A stretch of 53,692 nucleotides of DNA from Chromera velia. Taxonomy: Eukaryota. The notes below the pieces were generated by a model that saw only the letters and a program-made list of their open reading frames with translations, did not search any database and was not told the origin of the DNA. The DNA lies in assembly GCA_018398765.1 (NCBI GenBank), contig JAHBMJ010000216.1, forward strand, positions 1 through 53,692, in the 5' to 3' direction. Positions 1-12,511 of this stretch are shown here, in pieces. The translations under genes and the position numbers were made by a program. How positions within the stretch are numbered: position 1 is the first letter of the stretch; each line of letters starts with the position of its first letter.

Positions 1-19
1 AGGTAGAATGCGTGAAATT

Positions 20-420
20 TATAAAAAGGGCAGGAAAAGGCGGTACAGTCAGAAATTTCAGCAGCGCTTCGCGGTGTGGTCCTGTCTGATGTCGATTTAT
101 GGCAGAGGACAGAAAGTGGGGTTCCGTCAGAAATTCCAGCAGCGCTTCGCGATGTGGTCCTGCTTCTTCTTCTTGCAGGTACAGGACACCAAAGGGATGG
201 CCAAGTCGAGGGCGTACAAATTGAGGTTTGAGTTGATGGCTCGCAGGTGTGGGCTCCTGTAGTATGCGTGCAGATGATCACAGCGTTCTGGTTTCCTCTG
301 GGTGAACCTTCTCTGGGCGAAGAAGGTGGTCTGCGTTGCTTGCAGAATAGTTGTTGTTCAGCAGAGAAGGTTGGTCTCCGTTCGCTCAGCTCTTTGATCT
401 TGTTGATCTCGAGCTAGGCG
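20..420 (-). pseudogene. Decayed ORF with two His/Cys (zinc-knuckle-like) motifs, probably a transposon relic
   Basis: The minus frame reads RLARDQQDQRAERTETNLLC*TTILQATQTTFFAQRRF...LAIPLVSCTCKKKKQDHIAKRCWNF*RNPTFCPLP*IDIRQDHTAKRC*NF*. The QDH(I/T)AKRC motif is duplicated (plus strand ~50-85 and ~128-163). The in-frame stops are TGA/TAA, which could derive from CGA/TGG/CAA. A gag-like identity is inference only. Confidence 0.35.
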
Positions 421-711
421 TCACCACGTGTTAAGGCCTACTTAGAGGGGTTGGCGCTAGTAAGTGCTTGCAGAGGTTTAAGGGTCTTCAGGGCTTGATG
501 TCGCTGGAGTGATTCAGGTCGATCCTTAGTGACAGACTCGATCGATGTCAGGAGCATGGAGCTTTCTTGCGATTCAGTGATCGATCTGATTTCATAGTAG
601 TCTTCCAGAAAGTCTTTCGAAAGTCTTTCATGTGATTTCGATCGAAATGCGACAGGCCAAAATCTGTATAGTACAGGACATTAACGTCCCGTCTCTTTTC
701 TTGTTGATCCT

Positions 712-790
712 TAAAAAGGCAGGTAGCGAGGATTGAACCTATGATCTTCTGTTTGTTAATGCTGTATATTAACCACTAGGTCATGAACGT
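712..790 (-). pseudogene. tRNA-derived relic (tRNA-Val(AAC)-like pseudogene or SINE head)
   Basis: The minus strand reads ACGTTCA-TGACCTAGTGGTTAA-TATACAGCAT-TAACA-AACAGAAGATCATA-GGTTCAATCC-TCGCTACCTGCC-TTTTT. It has an A-box-like TGACCTAGTGG and a B-box GGTTCAATCC at tRNA spacing, an AAC-containing loop and a downstream T5 Pol III terminator. The acceptor and anticodon stems pair poorly, so it is not a functional tRNA. Confidence 0.55.
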
Positions 791-912
791 AAGCGACACA
801 CACCATTCTCTTTTGCTTAGCACTATTTTCGATTAAGTCAATTTATTTAATTCTCATTTTCTTTCTAGTCACGCTTTGATAGCGCATAGCATTGTATAGT
901 TTTACTCCTTCT

Positions 913-1150
913 CTAGGCGTCGGCTAAAGAAAAAAAAAAAGATTCCCCCATACCCGGCCCTTTATATACTTTTTTCTTCTTTTTTTCTTTTTCAGTCAAA
1001 CAACTGTTGTTCAAGTGTTGCACAGGTGTTGTTCATGTGTTGCACAACTGTTATTAGGTATTGTTGAGGGTAAAAAAGTAAAAAACAAAAAATCTCCTCG
1101 ATCTGATCGCTTATATTTTCTTTTTTTTTTTTTCTTTGGCCGACGCCTAG
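913..1150. mobile_element. MITE / non-autonomous DNA transposon (238 bp) with 8-bp target-site duplication
   Basis: Left TIR CTAGGCGTCGGCTAAAGAAAAAAAAAAA starts at 913. The right end TTTTTTTTTTTCTTTGGCCGACGCCTAG ends at 1150 and is its reverse complement with 1 mismatch. Direct repeat CTCCTTCT lies at 905-912 and 1151-1158. An internal ~22-bp tandem repeat occupies 1001-1066. Confidence 0.85.
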
Positions 1151-3388
1151 CTCCTTCTAGACTAAGTTATAGTATGGTGTTTACTATATAATGCTGGTAC
1201 CCAGCTAGATTATAAGCTAGGTACACAGTCTGCAGTTTGCCACTATTCGCCACCAAGCAGGCTCACAGCCATATTCTAACAGCCATTCATAATTAAATCG
1301 TGATTTAACCTGTTTAAGCATCTATTTGAGTATCTTGTAGCCTTGTACACTTGTCTATTTGATGTGATGCATGGTATTGACGACTCGGAACCGAGGGTGC
1401 AGGGACTCGGATGGCCAGGTTGAAGCTTGGTGACCATCACAGGCCAGCCGGAACGATTAGTCGATCAGTCTCATGATCCATGGAAAGATTCCCATGCAAA
1501 GACCGAAATGATCGATCGACTGGTGTAGGATCGAGTCTGCGTGGGAGGGGACACGAATGATCGAATCATGCATAAGTGCACGGACTCAGTATCGAATGGA
1601 CCACACTTACACTCCTGCTTTCCCTACAATGCTTCACTGAGCCTTCACACGCACACGAATGCAGGAATGGTAGGCATTAATGGCTCGACTGAAGGTGGGA
1701 TCTCAAGGAAATGCAGATAGGCAGACTTAATCCCTTCGGATGACGGCATCGATCGACGTATCGATCACATTCAGAAGGGCTCTGCTGGCAGAGCTTCAGA
1801 GCAGAGAAAGGAGGAAGGAAGGGAGGGCCAGTACTGTCTGCAAGTGTATGTTCACGGTGTGTGTGAAAAATGGGATCGCTGAGAAAGCACCAAATTTCAC
1901 TCACATATCGGTCGATAATGTTTTTTTGGCTCTTCTGTTCAAAATGATCTTTTGATTGATCGGTGCTCCGACCAAAAGATCCCCGGCTCAGTTGTTGATC
2001 TTAAATTTGTTTTTGTTGCATGCCATTCCCATGCACGAAGACTTCTTGGTATCTTCGCTTCTTTCCTGCCGCAAGTGCTTGCAACGATCAGGTAGGTGCT
2101 TGCTCATAATTTGAATCAAGAATACGAGAGGAGACTGAAGGTGCATGGTTCAGATGCAGATCGAGGCATAAGTGACGAAAGGATCGCCTCACTCGCAAAC
2201 AACATCTTTCCCTGCGCTGTCTTTCTTGGTTTCTGTCGGTTTCCTTCACTTTTTCCTTCGCCAATCCTCCCCCCGCTCTGCTTCGAATACCTTCCGCACT
2301 GACGGTATCGCTCTCAAACCTTTCCGCCCGTTCTCATTCACAAGCACACCCCCACTTGCTCACTCTTCCATTCTCTCATTCTCTTTCCCTCCCCCCATTC
2401 CTCTATCTCTGTGTGTTTTGTCTCTTTCTCTCTCACACAATCACACGCACTCACACAGACAGACAGAGGCAGAACGACAGTGAGAGACGCAGAGAGAGGA
2501 AGAGATGCGTGCATCACCTCCTCCCAAGAGTCTAGTTCGTGTACTCAGCACATCGACTTATTATTGACGAAAGAACAGGCACACACTGTCACAAGGAGAA
2601 GAGCAGACATACAGAGGAAGAAAGAAAAAGGTCAGGCAGTGAGTGCATTTACATCCATGAACTTGAAAACCCTTGAAGGCATCCAAACAATCAATCACTG
2701 AATTAAGTGTGTGTGTGTGAGAGAGAGAGAGAGAGCAAGCCTCTTAGTGGTCACTTGCTTGGCCGCTTGCTCTTTCCTTCGACTTCAGTAGATCGGTCAG
2801 CACAGCACAGAGGTTTCTCAACAGACCATCCAACCAACCGACCATCAAAATTCTCTATCAAGAGAGACAGACCAACAGACAGACAGACAGACAGACAGAA
2901 GCGAGACGATAATCAGCCTCCCCGTCGATCGATGGATCGCGTGACACGCAGATGTACTATTTATTCTATTCAACGCCGCCTCGGGCGAACACCTCGAGTG
3001 ACTCACAGACCGTCCTTCCCTACCCTTACACGATGTCTTCAGTCCTCTTTTCACTTCTACTCTTTTTTTTTTTGTTTCATTATGTGCCTTCGCTGTCTCT
3101 CTTCCTCGCCCGGCTGAGCCAGGCTAGAGTCTGGACGGTGCTCCCAAATCGAATCGCAAATGCAGTCACCTACCGAGGAAAAAGACACAGCAGGAAAAAC
3201 GCCAAAAAGAAAAGGCAGGCGGAAGGAGTTTCCTTCAGTCCGGTGCAAAATGCTTTCGAGAAACACCGGTCCCCGTATGGGGCTCTTCCTGTCATTCTAT
3301 GGATGAATGTGTCTGACGGTCTGTCTGCCTCAGCAAAAGGGAGAGAAGTCTTTGCTTCCTCCCGTTTCATTTGACTCACCCCTCCCAC

Positions 3389-3437
<49 letters not shown>

Positions 3438-3553
3438 GCTCGCAGTTCTTCTCCTTCATCCTCTAAACGTTTCAGAGGTTCTTCTGGCCTCAACCAGATG
3501 ACATTGATGACTGACTGACAGTTCACTGACTGCAGTCTCCTTCCCTCCCTCCC

Positions 3554-3591
<38 letters not shown>

Positions 3592-5629
3592 TAATCAAAT
3601 CTTCGGGCCCTTTCGTTTTCTGTCCCCCAGCCGTCTCTCTCATGCTGAATTGCATGACCTTGCAAACCAATTGAACAGACCAGTCAGATAAGTAAACATC
3701 TGGTGGTGCTCTGGAGAGGCAAGGAAGGACCACAGTAGGGGCACAGACTGACGCACGCATTTTTCACCAACGCACACTTTCAAAGTCACAAGGAAGGCGT
3801 CTAGTGTGTGTCTGTGAAGATCGGGACCCGGACTGCAAAAAAAGATTCAAGGCACCGTCAATCATTTTATAAACTTGCGGCATGCAGACATGCAAAGCGG
3901 TGAAATGAATAACAAGCACGGAAAAGAAAGGGAACGGAGGGGGAGAGTGTGTGCGTGGCCTTCTCTTTGCTTCTTGCGGTTTCCGATCACGACTTACTTT
4001 CGCCCCGTTGTTTGCCGGTTTCTCTTTGGGCTGCTTCTCCCGTTTGCTTTCCGTTGGCCTTTTTCATTACACCCTTGCTGGCCCCTGACACGCAGCGGAC
4101 TTCCATCGCTCTTTTTAATTTGCGTGATTGACAGGTTGCCTGACAGGCTGATTTTTCGCATCGCTGTTTGATTGAACCAAAAAAAAAAGAAGTAAAGATG
4201 AAGCTAGGGTGACCTGACTCATCTCCAGCCCTTCTCCGACCTATTCGTCAAACCGAAAAGTCCAGTGCCCCATCCATCCATCTATCGATCCATGCATAAG
4301 GAAAACAAACCGGACGACCACTCATTCGTCCGCCAGCCGAACAGGCCAGTGAGTGACGCACGCAGGAAAGAACAAAGGATCAAGTACATACAGAGGAAAA
4401 GGAGAAAGAAAGAAACGAAATGGATGTACAACAAACAGTCACGCCACATGGAAGCAAGGTCCAACGAAGAACGAAGCCACAAAAACGACAAACAAGGGAA
4501 AAAGAAACAAAGCAAGAAAGGGAAAGAACGTCTGAACGTCTGCTGTCCATTTTCCTTCATTCCATCTCCCTCCCTCCTCATTTTGTGGCTAACTGAAGAG
4601 CCGCAAAAGTACACACAGCTTCTGAGGAGAAGCACGTGCCTGCAAGGAGTTCTACAAACAGCACCGTCCAGTTCAATCCCTCCCTTGCTTCCCTTCCCGT
4701 CTCACCAATTCGTGTGTCAAATGCGCCTTTCCCTTGACAGACCCTTGAATCAACCAACCGACCGCATCGATCGTCCTCCAATTTCCCTTTTGGGGATACA
4801 CAAAAAGAAGACTGCATGTTGGTGTCTATTGACACACGTTCATTCCTGGAGTGAATGCGTGCTTTGTCTATCTGTTTGTCCGTGGGCAGTCTTTCCATCA
4901 CATCTACTTGCTCATTCACCGATTTCTTCTTCAATGTGCGCGAAAAAACAAAAACGCACAGACAAGGCAATGACTTCAATAAACTCACCCCGTCGCCGGG
5001 TGACAGGACAGGCATCCTCTAACTGCATCTAAAGCTAGAGGTGCAAAAGCGCAGCATATGCCCGTCAGCTAGCTGACTGGCAGTCTTTGTGCATCGACTC
5101 CTCAACAGCAGCAGCAGCGACTGACTGCACAAGAGTGAAAGAGAAATGAAGAGAAAGATGTGACCATGGCCCAAGTGCCCAGCCGGCACACTCCCTTCCA
5201 TTCATTCAAACGACGCATCGACGTCACCTTGAGAGTTGGGAAGGATCGCAGGAAGAAGTAAAGGAGGGAAGGGGAGAAGTGCCGAGAAAGAAGAAAGAGC
5301 CAGCCCCAAAAACTAACCGCGGCAGCTTCGCCTTCCCCGGGGGCCACACTGACTGAATGAATGAAGAGGGGATTTTCTTCCCTTAATTGGATCCCCCCCC
5401 TTTTCTCTCACTCACCCACCCCTTCGCTCGATTGCTTCCTTGTTTCCTTCCTTGATGGAAGAAGGAAGAAAGGAAGGAAGGAAGGAAGGAAGGAAGAAAA
5501 ACAGGAGGCCGTTCCTGCCGGCTCCATAGAAGCCCATCAGCACCAGCAATTCTGCGCAACGCGGCGCGTCAAGACGGAACACGACACGCAAAATACAGAG
5601 ACAGACAGACAGACAGAAAGAAAGACAGA

Positions 5630-5686
5630 AACAAAGGAAAAACGAAAGAAAGAGAGAACGAAAGAAAGAGAGAAAGAAAGAAAGAA

Positions 5687-5727
<41 letters not shown>

Positions 5728-5741
5728 AAGAAGGAAAGAAA

Positions 5742-5773
<32 letters not shown>

Positions 5774-5831
5774 GAAGGAAGGAAGGAAGGAAGAAAGAAA
5801 GAAAGAGAGAGAGAGAGAACGAAAGAAAGAG

Positions 5832-5862
<31 letters not shown>

Positions 5863-5902
5863 GAGAAAGAAAAGAAAGAAAGAAAGAAAGAAAGAAAGAA
5901 GA
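5630..5902 (+). repeat. Compound polypurine microsatellite (AAAG/AG/AAGG)n
   Basis: About 270 bp of almost pure A/G. It explains the spurious K/E/R-rich and F/L/S-rich ORFs in the track. Confidence 0.9.
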
Positions 5903-6129
5903 GGGACGGAGATCCTGCCCTGAAAATAAAAATTCCTTCCCGAAAAGAAAACAAACGGTCGATCGGTCAGGTAAGATCCCGACCAAAACTTGGGAGGGAT
6001 AGAGGGGGAAGGAGGGAGAGAAGGAAAGAGGAGAGATGCAATGAAAAAGCAGCATTGAAAGAGAAAGTCCATAAAGTCAACCAAGAAAACCCAAACAAAC
6101 AGGCCGGTGAGAACATTCAGTGGCACAGA

Positions 6130-6165
<36 letters not shown>

Positions 6166-9100
6166 GGTAGAACATTTGACACAGTCTTCCTCCCACCCTA
6201 AAGAAGCCTTCCTGTTCCCCCCGCTCGGTGGGTGCACAAACGATTGCCCCCCTCCCAAATCCCCTCCCTGCACAGTGTGTCGCGCAGTTCGGCGATGTTT
6301 TCTGACGGAAGGCTTTCTTTCCTTTTCATTCGGGTCAGGTCAGGTCAACTCGTGGCTTTTTTGTCTCCTCTATTGTCCCTCTTGTGCGCGACTGAGGTCT
6401 CCCCATACTCTCTCTTTCTCTCTCTCTTTTCTTTTCAGGAAAGAAAGAAAGAAGGGAAGGAAGGAAGGAAGGAAGGAATTGTATCCTTCACCAACAGACG
6501 GTAACGACGGATCAATCACTCAACCTCTCTTCTTTCTTTTGCATCGAACTTTCTTGGTTGGCCACCGTCCGTCTTCGTCTGCACGTGGACTTCTTTCGAT
6601 CTGTCTAACGGAACGCCCGCCGGGCCCCGCAGACAACCAAAACAAAAAACTGGAAGGTGCACTACGCTAGAAATGCATAACTTTTCGATTTGCGTTGTTC
6701 TTCTTGCATGTTGACGCCGTCTTTTCTTTTGCTGATGAAGAGAGAGAGGGAGTGCGTGCGTCGACCGACTGATAAGGAAGGAATGCAAGTAAGCGTGCAC
6801 ACCCACGCATATGCACACGACTTGCAGCAGTCAGCAATGGAGACTAAGGCGTGCACCCAAGTGTTTCCAGTTGCCTGCCAAATCCCTCCTGATCGAGCAG
6901 GGGCACAACGCCAAACGCAAACTCACTCGCCTTCATCAACAAGACAGAAGCCACAGAAATGACGAACGGTCAACCAGAGGATTCTTCTTTGATGACCTAC
7001 ATACAGCTGGCGTCCCAAGTCTTGGGACCACCAGAAAAAAGATGGAGGAGATGAATGTACACAAACGCGCGCCGCGTATGCAAGCAAACCAATGAGGACG
7101 AACCAGGCAGGAGGCACAAAATCACTATCATGCAGACTAACACGCTAACGACGACGAGCAGTCCTTCACAGGAAGGGACAGGAATCAGATGGATGAGAGG
7201 AAGCGAGGGAAAAAGGCAAGAGGAAAGAAGTACGGAGTGAAAGAAACTGGGGGAGCAAGCAAGGCAGACAACCAACCAGACGAGCTCAAAAAGAGGAGAG
7301 AGAGAGAAAGAGAAGGAAGGAAGGACCGTTTCTTGACAGCAACAGCGCGGCTTGTTCACTTGAAGATTTCTTACAGAAATCTGAAGAGAAAAAAGAACAG
7401 GCTGCTCACTCGTTTGCACACCCATATGCACACACACACACACACACACGGGCACTCCAGTGACGAGATAGGTGAAGAAAGAGGGAAGAAGACAGAGAGA
7501 AACCTGAGAGACAGAGGGGAAAAAAGTGTGAGGGTAACCCCACAGGCATTCATGCACATGAAGCAAAGACGACCAGAGAAACAGAGAAGGTTTATGTGTG
7601 AGAAGAAGGAAGGCAGAAGATACTTTGCCAACGTCTGACTGACGGGAAGGAAAGGCATCCCTCGTACATAAACAATCATGCACTCAAAAGAACGAAGGAA
7701 ATGGAGGTCGGGTTCTCTAGTGGTACTAGAGAGAGTAGAGAGGGGGGGGGAGAGAGAGACGGCAGCAGCAACTAGAGAGACTGGCCTTTGTTTGCATCTG
7801 CTTTTCTGTCTCTCACACAACTTTTTAGAAAAACAAAAGGAGCATTCCGACTGGCTCTATGCAGAGCGAGCTTCACATCATACACACACACACACACACA
7901 CACACATACACAAGGGGCGCTCCTCATAGGCGAGGAGAGGAGAGGAGAGGAAAAGTCCATGAAGAAAAGAAAGTGAACGAGCAGCCTGAACGAACACGAA
8001 GAAATTGCAGTGAACACAAAATTGCCTGCCACTGCACAACGCCACAACACAACGGGTTCTTTAGCAGAGAGAAAGAAAGCACATACGAAAGAGAAAGACG
8101 AACGAAGAAAGAAATGAATGGATCAATATGCCATACATTGCATGCAGGCAGGCATGCACGTATCGGTTGTTCGTTCAATGAAGAGAATCAACCACTCTCT
8201 CGGATTCTGTTCCAACCACCCCATCGATCGACCCTGCAGTCGAGTCAACTCAACTGAAGAAAGGACCCCCCCCCGTCAGGTCGACTCGCCCGCCTCTCTC
8301 TGACTGCTGAAGCAAGGCAGGCAAGAGGAAGAGCCGACATAAAAGACAGACAGACAGACAGGCAGGCAGGCTCCATTCTTCTCCCTGAAGCATGAACCGA
8401 TCGATGGATTGATTGATTCGTTTTGTCATGGATTGATGGTGCAGATGCAGATGCAGTCAGCCAGCCAACCAAAATAAATGTCAGTCAGTCAGTCAGTCAG
8501 TCAGTTAGTCGACTCACGGGTTTCCTCACTCACTCACGGCTCCATGACCTCCTCTCTCTCTCTCCCTCACCCCGTCTCTCTGAGAGAGTATGCGCGGTTG
8601 TCTCTACCTGTCGGCTTGCGTCTATTTCTGTTCCGAGGTCGTTCTTTCACGATGACGTGAGAACACTCCGAACGATTTTTCCTTCCTTCCTTCCACAAGC
8701 AGATCTCTCAATCCCATCTGAACCTTCCAAATAAACCATCCGACAAAACCGACTCTCTCTACTATAAAAACACCTACCTACCAATCAACAAACAAAACAG
8801 TAGTCAAAGTCGACATTCTCTACCGTGCCTCCCACCATATGAACCTTCCTCACATGAAAGCATCGGAATAAGAAGAGGGGAAAACCGGTAAAGTTTGATG
8901 CACCCTACTCACCCCTTAGCAGGATTCATTTTTCTCTTCTTCCTTCTCTCTTCCTTCTGTTGACGACTGTGTACAACGAACGACCAAAGGGACGGACGGA
9001 CACCGACTCTCTCTCTCGAGAATCAACTATGGCTGCTGGAAGAAAGAAGAATTGCATGAGAATCATTGTGGAAAAAGGCAAAAGATTGATCCAAAAAAAG

Positions 9101-9434
9101 AGAAAGCTGCGCCGACAGAAAGAAGTCAGTCAAATTTTCTTGCACATGCCTACAACACAAGGCACACGCACACACGAATATTCAGCCAACTCCCACGTCC
9201 CATGGTTCGCCCTCTTTTTCTTTTCTTCCACTTCCCGTCTTTGTCCTCTTTCTGTTCTACGTCTCCCTGTCCCTCTTTCTCATTCACACCTGTTTTGGAA
9301 GAATCTAGCTACTTAAGGATGCACAGTCTGTGGGTTCACTCCCCTTACCAAGTGTTCATTCCTTTTTCTGCCCCCTCTCTGCACACGGAGCTAGTACCTG
9401 CCTGCCTGTCTGTCTGACTTCCTCAGACAAATGC

Positions 9435-11796
9435 TCAATCTTCATAAGATTCAGGTTCAGCGGCACGGAGCAACCGCTCCACCTCTGCCGCCGTTCCTCC
9501 GTTGCCCCCACTCACAGATACACTCGCACCGGCAGCCTCTGTTCCCGCCGCCGCATCCCCTCCGGAGGGCGCCGCCACAGCCACAGGGGCAGACCCAGAG
9601 GGCCCTGCATTCTCACTCCGCCCCCCCACATCCCTCGTCCGTCTCCGCAAAGACGCCACCATCCACACCTTCCGCATTGCACACAGCCAGCACGTGTTAC
9701 TATGCCGGCCCTCCCCCTGCATCATCTGTGCCTGGGCAAGCGCAATGGGGGCTGCCACCCCCGAAGCGACAGTGCTTGCACCCCCGCAAGATTCAGGGGG
9801 CGCGGGCACAGGATTGGAGGGCAGGGCCGAGCTAATCCTGGTCGATTCTAGGTCCTCCACTCCTGGACCTCCTTGGGATCCGCCCGCAGGGGGCAAACGG
9901 GGTCTTTCTGCTGCGTCTACTGGCAGAGAGGGAGAGGGGGAGACTGTAAGTGCCACGCCCCCCGAGACAGACACAAGAGAGACGGCTGCCTCAGGCTCTT
10001 TCTTCACGAGCCCGCTCTCTTCCCCTCCTCCTTCGATCTGACCGGATTCTGCTGCAGGCGGGGGGCACGCGGAACCTGTATCTCGATCTTGGTCTGTGCC
10101 CGCTCCCTTCCCTTCCCCTTCCTTCTTCTGAGATTGAGACTGACTTTCTCGTTCCTGCGCGGCCTCCCGCTGTCGCCTCTTCACCTCCGCACACCTCTCG
10201 CACGTCCACGGCCAGACAACCTCTGGGTCCTCTAGCTCGGCAGGGGTCGTGGAAGACCTCCTCCAGTTGAACCTGAGGCTGGCACTGACTTCATCCCCCT
10301 GTTTGGCTCGGCCTCCCATCTCTCCCCCATCCCCTTCTCCTCTCTCGCCTCTATGTGCATCCATGGAAGGAGGATGAGCTTGAGCTTGGGGCTGTTGCGT
10401 GACGGGGGGCCCGGCTGCGGCTGAGGGTATGGGGTGTCTGGGGGTCTGCTGCTGAGGATTCGCGTGCGCAGAGAGGCGCAGAGAGTGGGTGAGGGAAAGC
10501 GACAGTGACTCTGCAATACCCTGACGGGTCATGCACTCGAGCTCTCGGAAAGAGAGAACCATCTGTGGAAGAGCGGGGAGTGCCTGATGCTGCTGCTGCT
10601 GCTGCTGCTGGTGGGCTGGGGGGGACATCTGATTTTGAAGCGCTCCGAGAGCGGCTGCATTCTGCGGGTCTGCAGTGATCCCTGCGAGGGGGGTGGAGGA
10701 TACCCTGGGCACTGCAAAGAAGTGTGCCTGTGCTTGGGCAAGAATAGACGCAAGGGAGGCATCTGCTGCTGCGTGGGGGGTCGGGAGTGATTGGGTGACG
10801 CCTGCAGGAAGGCGCATCATGGAGAAGAATCCACTGCTGCTGCTGCTGCTGTTGTCAACGGAGCCGTCTTCTTCTTCGACTTCCACCTCTGGCTCCTCGA
10901 ATTCTTCCCCCGCAATCACGTCCTCTCCCTCTCCCTCCTGCTGCCCTCTTTTCTGCATCGCCCTTTCCATTCCTCCAGCAGGTGACCCCCCCTCTGTTCT
11001 AAGACTTCCCTTCTCTCTGTCCTCTGTGTTCTCGGGGGAACGGGTTCCCTCCCTCGACTCGGAGCGGTCAGGCTCCTCCGCCCCTTCCCCTTCAGAGCCG
11101 CCACCCTCTCGCGGCAGCCCTCCCTCTCCACTCTCACGCGAGGGATCTCTTCCTTCAGGGGAGCTGCGGCCTGTACCATCCTCTGCTGCACCTACCTGCT
11201 TTTTTTCAGCCCCCCCTGTGTCTGCTGCTGCTGCTGCTGCTACGAATGTCAGGGAGAGACCCTCACCCGCCCCTGCCGAGGTGTGCTGGGGGTGCCGCTG
11301 CAGTTCGTCGAGGAGGAGGAGTCGTCGAAGCTCTCGGACACCTCCGTTACCGTTTCCGTTGGAACTGCCGCTGCCAGAAACCGTCTCACCCTCTCCGACC
11401 GGTGAGCGACGGGAAAGAGTAGGGTTTGCGGCATGAGTGTGCATTTCAGGGGGAGTCGGAAGCGGGGAAGGAGCCAGGGAGGATAGGATGGTGGGCATCG
11501 GGACCAGGTAGAGAGGAGAGGCGGAGGACTCACGCTCCTCCGAGGATTCGTGGGGAAATCGGGAATGGAAATGTTGAGGGTGTCGCGCAGATGGGGGAAG
11601 GGGGGCAAAATGCATCATCAGACTCTGCTGCTGCTGCTGCTGCTGCATTGCTTCGACTGCAGACATTTCTCTCCCTGATTCTGATGAGAAGATCGCACGC
11701 CGGGTCATGGGTTCAGTCAGATACGCTGCAGCGGCTGCAGCTCTCACGGTCTCTCGCCGGAGCATCGGCTCTGTCTGATACGAAGAAGCAACTCTT

Positions 11797-11836
<40 letters not shown>

Positions 11837-12480
11837 CATGGTTGTATCCAGGAGTGGTCTGAAGCGACGGACCCGGGCAGAAGATGTGTGGAATGACGCG
11901 GTTGGGGTTCTGATTCAGGGTCTGCATCGGGGTTTGGGAGGCGTATATTCCCCCATGCTGCAGGTGGCTGAAGGGGGATGCGGGGAGGGCTTGTGATCCT
12001 GCTTGAGTCCCCCCCCCCGTGGCGGCGGCGGCGGCATTTGCAGAGGGGAGGAACGAGGAACCCCCGACAGCGGTAGCCGCCATGGCGGGGGGGATCCTTC
12101 CCCCAGCAGCACCAGCAGATCCAGACTGACCCTCGAGGGGCGACCCCATGCTCATCCCGACCCCAGGGCTGCGTGCAGCAGAGAAGGGAGCGGGGGGGTG
12201 GGGAGAAGATGGTATGAGGACGTGATGGATATACGGGTGGTGCTGCTGCTGTTGTCTCGAGTCACTGGATCTGCATCGTCATGAATCAGTCGATGAATGG
12301 AACGCGTGATGTTCATGGAACGTGGGAAGATAAAAGAAAGAGGACAAGAGCATGTGCGTATGAGTGAGTTCCGCCTCGCTACTGCCGAAATCTTCCGTTG
12401 CGTGAAAGAAAAACGCTTGTGAGACAGAATTGCCAGGACTGCAAGGTGGTGTCGCCAGCAAATTCATCCGATCATCCAAT

Positions 12481-12511
<31 letters not shown>

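Noticed and set aside
712..790. Functional tRNA-Val gene
   Set aside because: The acceptor and anticodon stems do not pair; kept only as a tRNA-derived relic.
4265..5032. 255-aa ORF
   Set aside because: It has SSR-derived composition, no domain motifs and no consistent splice context.
5361..6126. ORFs of 172-213 aa (K/E/R-rich or F/L/S-rich, TM-like)
   Set aside because: These are translations of the (AAAG)n/(AG)n microsatellite.
9330..12284. Multiple plus-strand ORFs up to 253 aa
   Set aside because: They are antisense or alternate-frame shadows of the GC-rich minus-strand exon.
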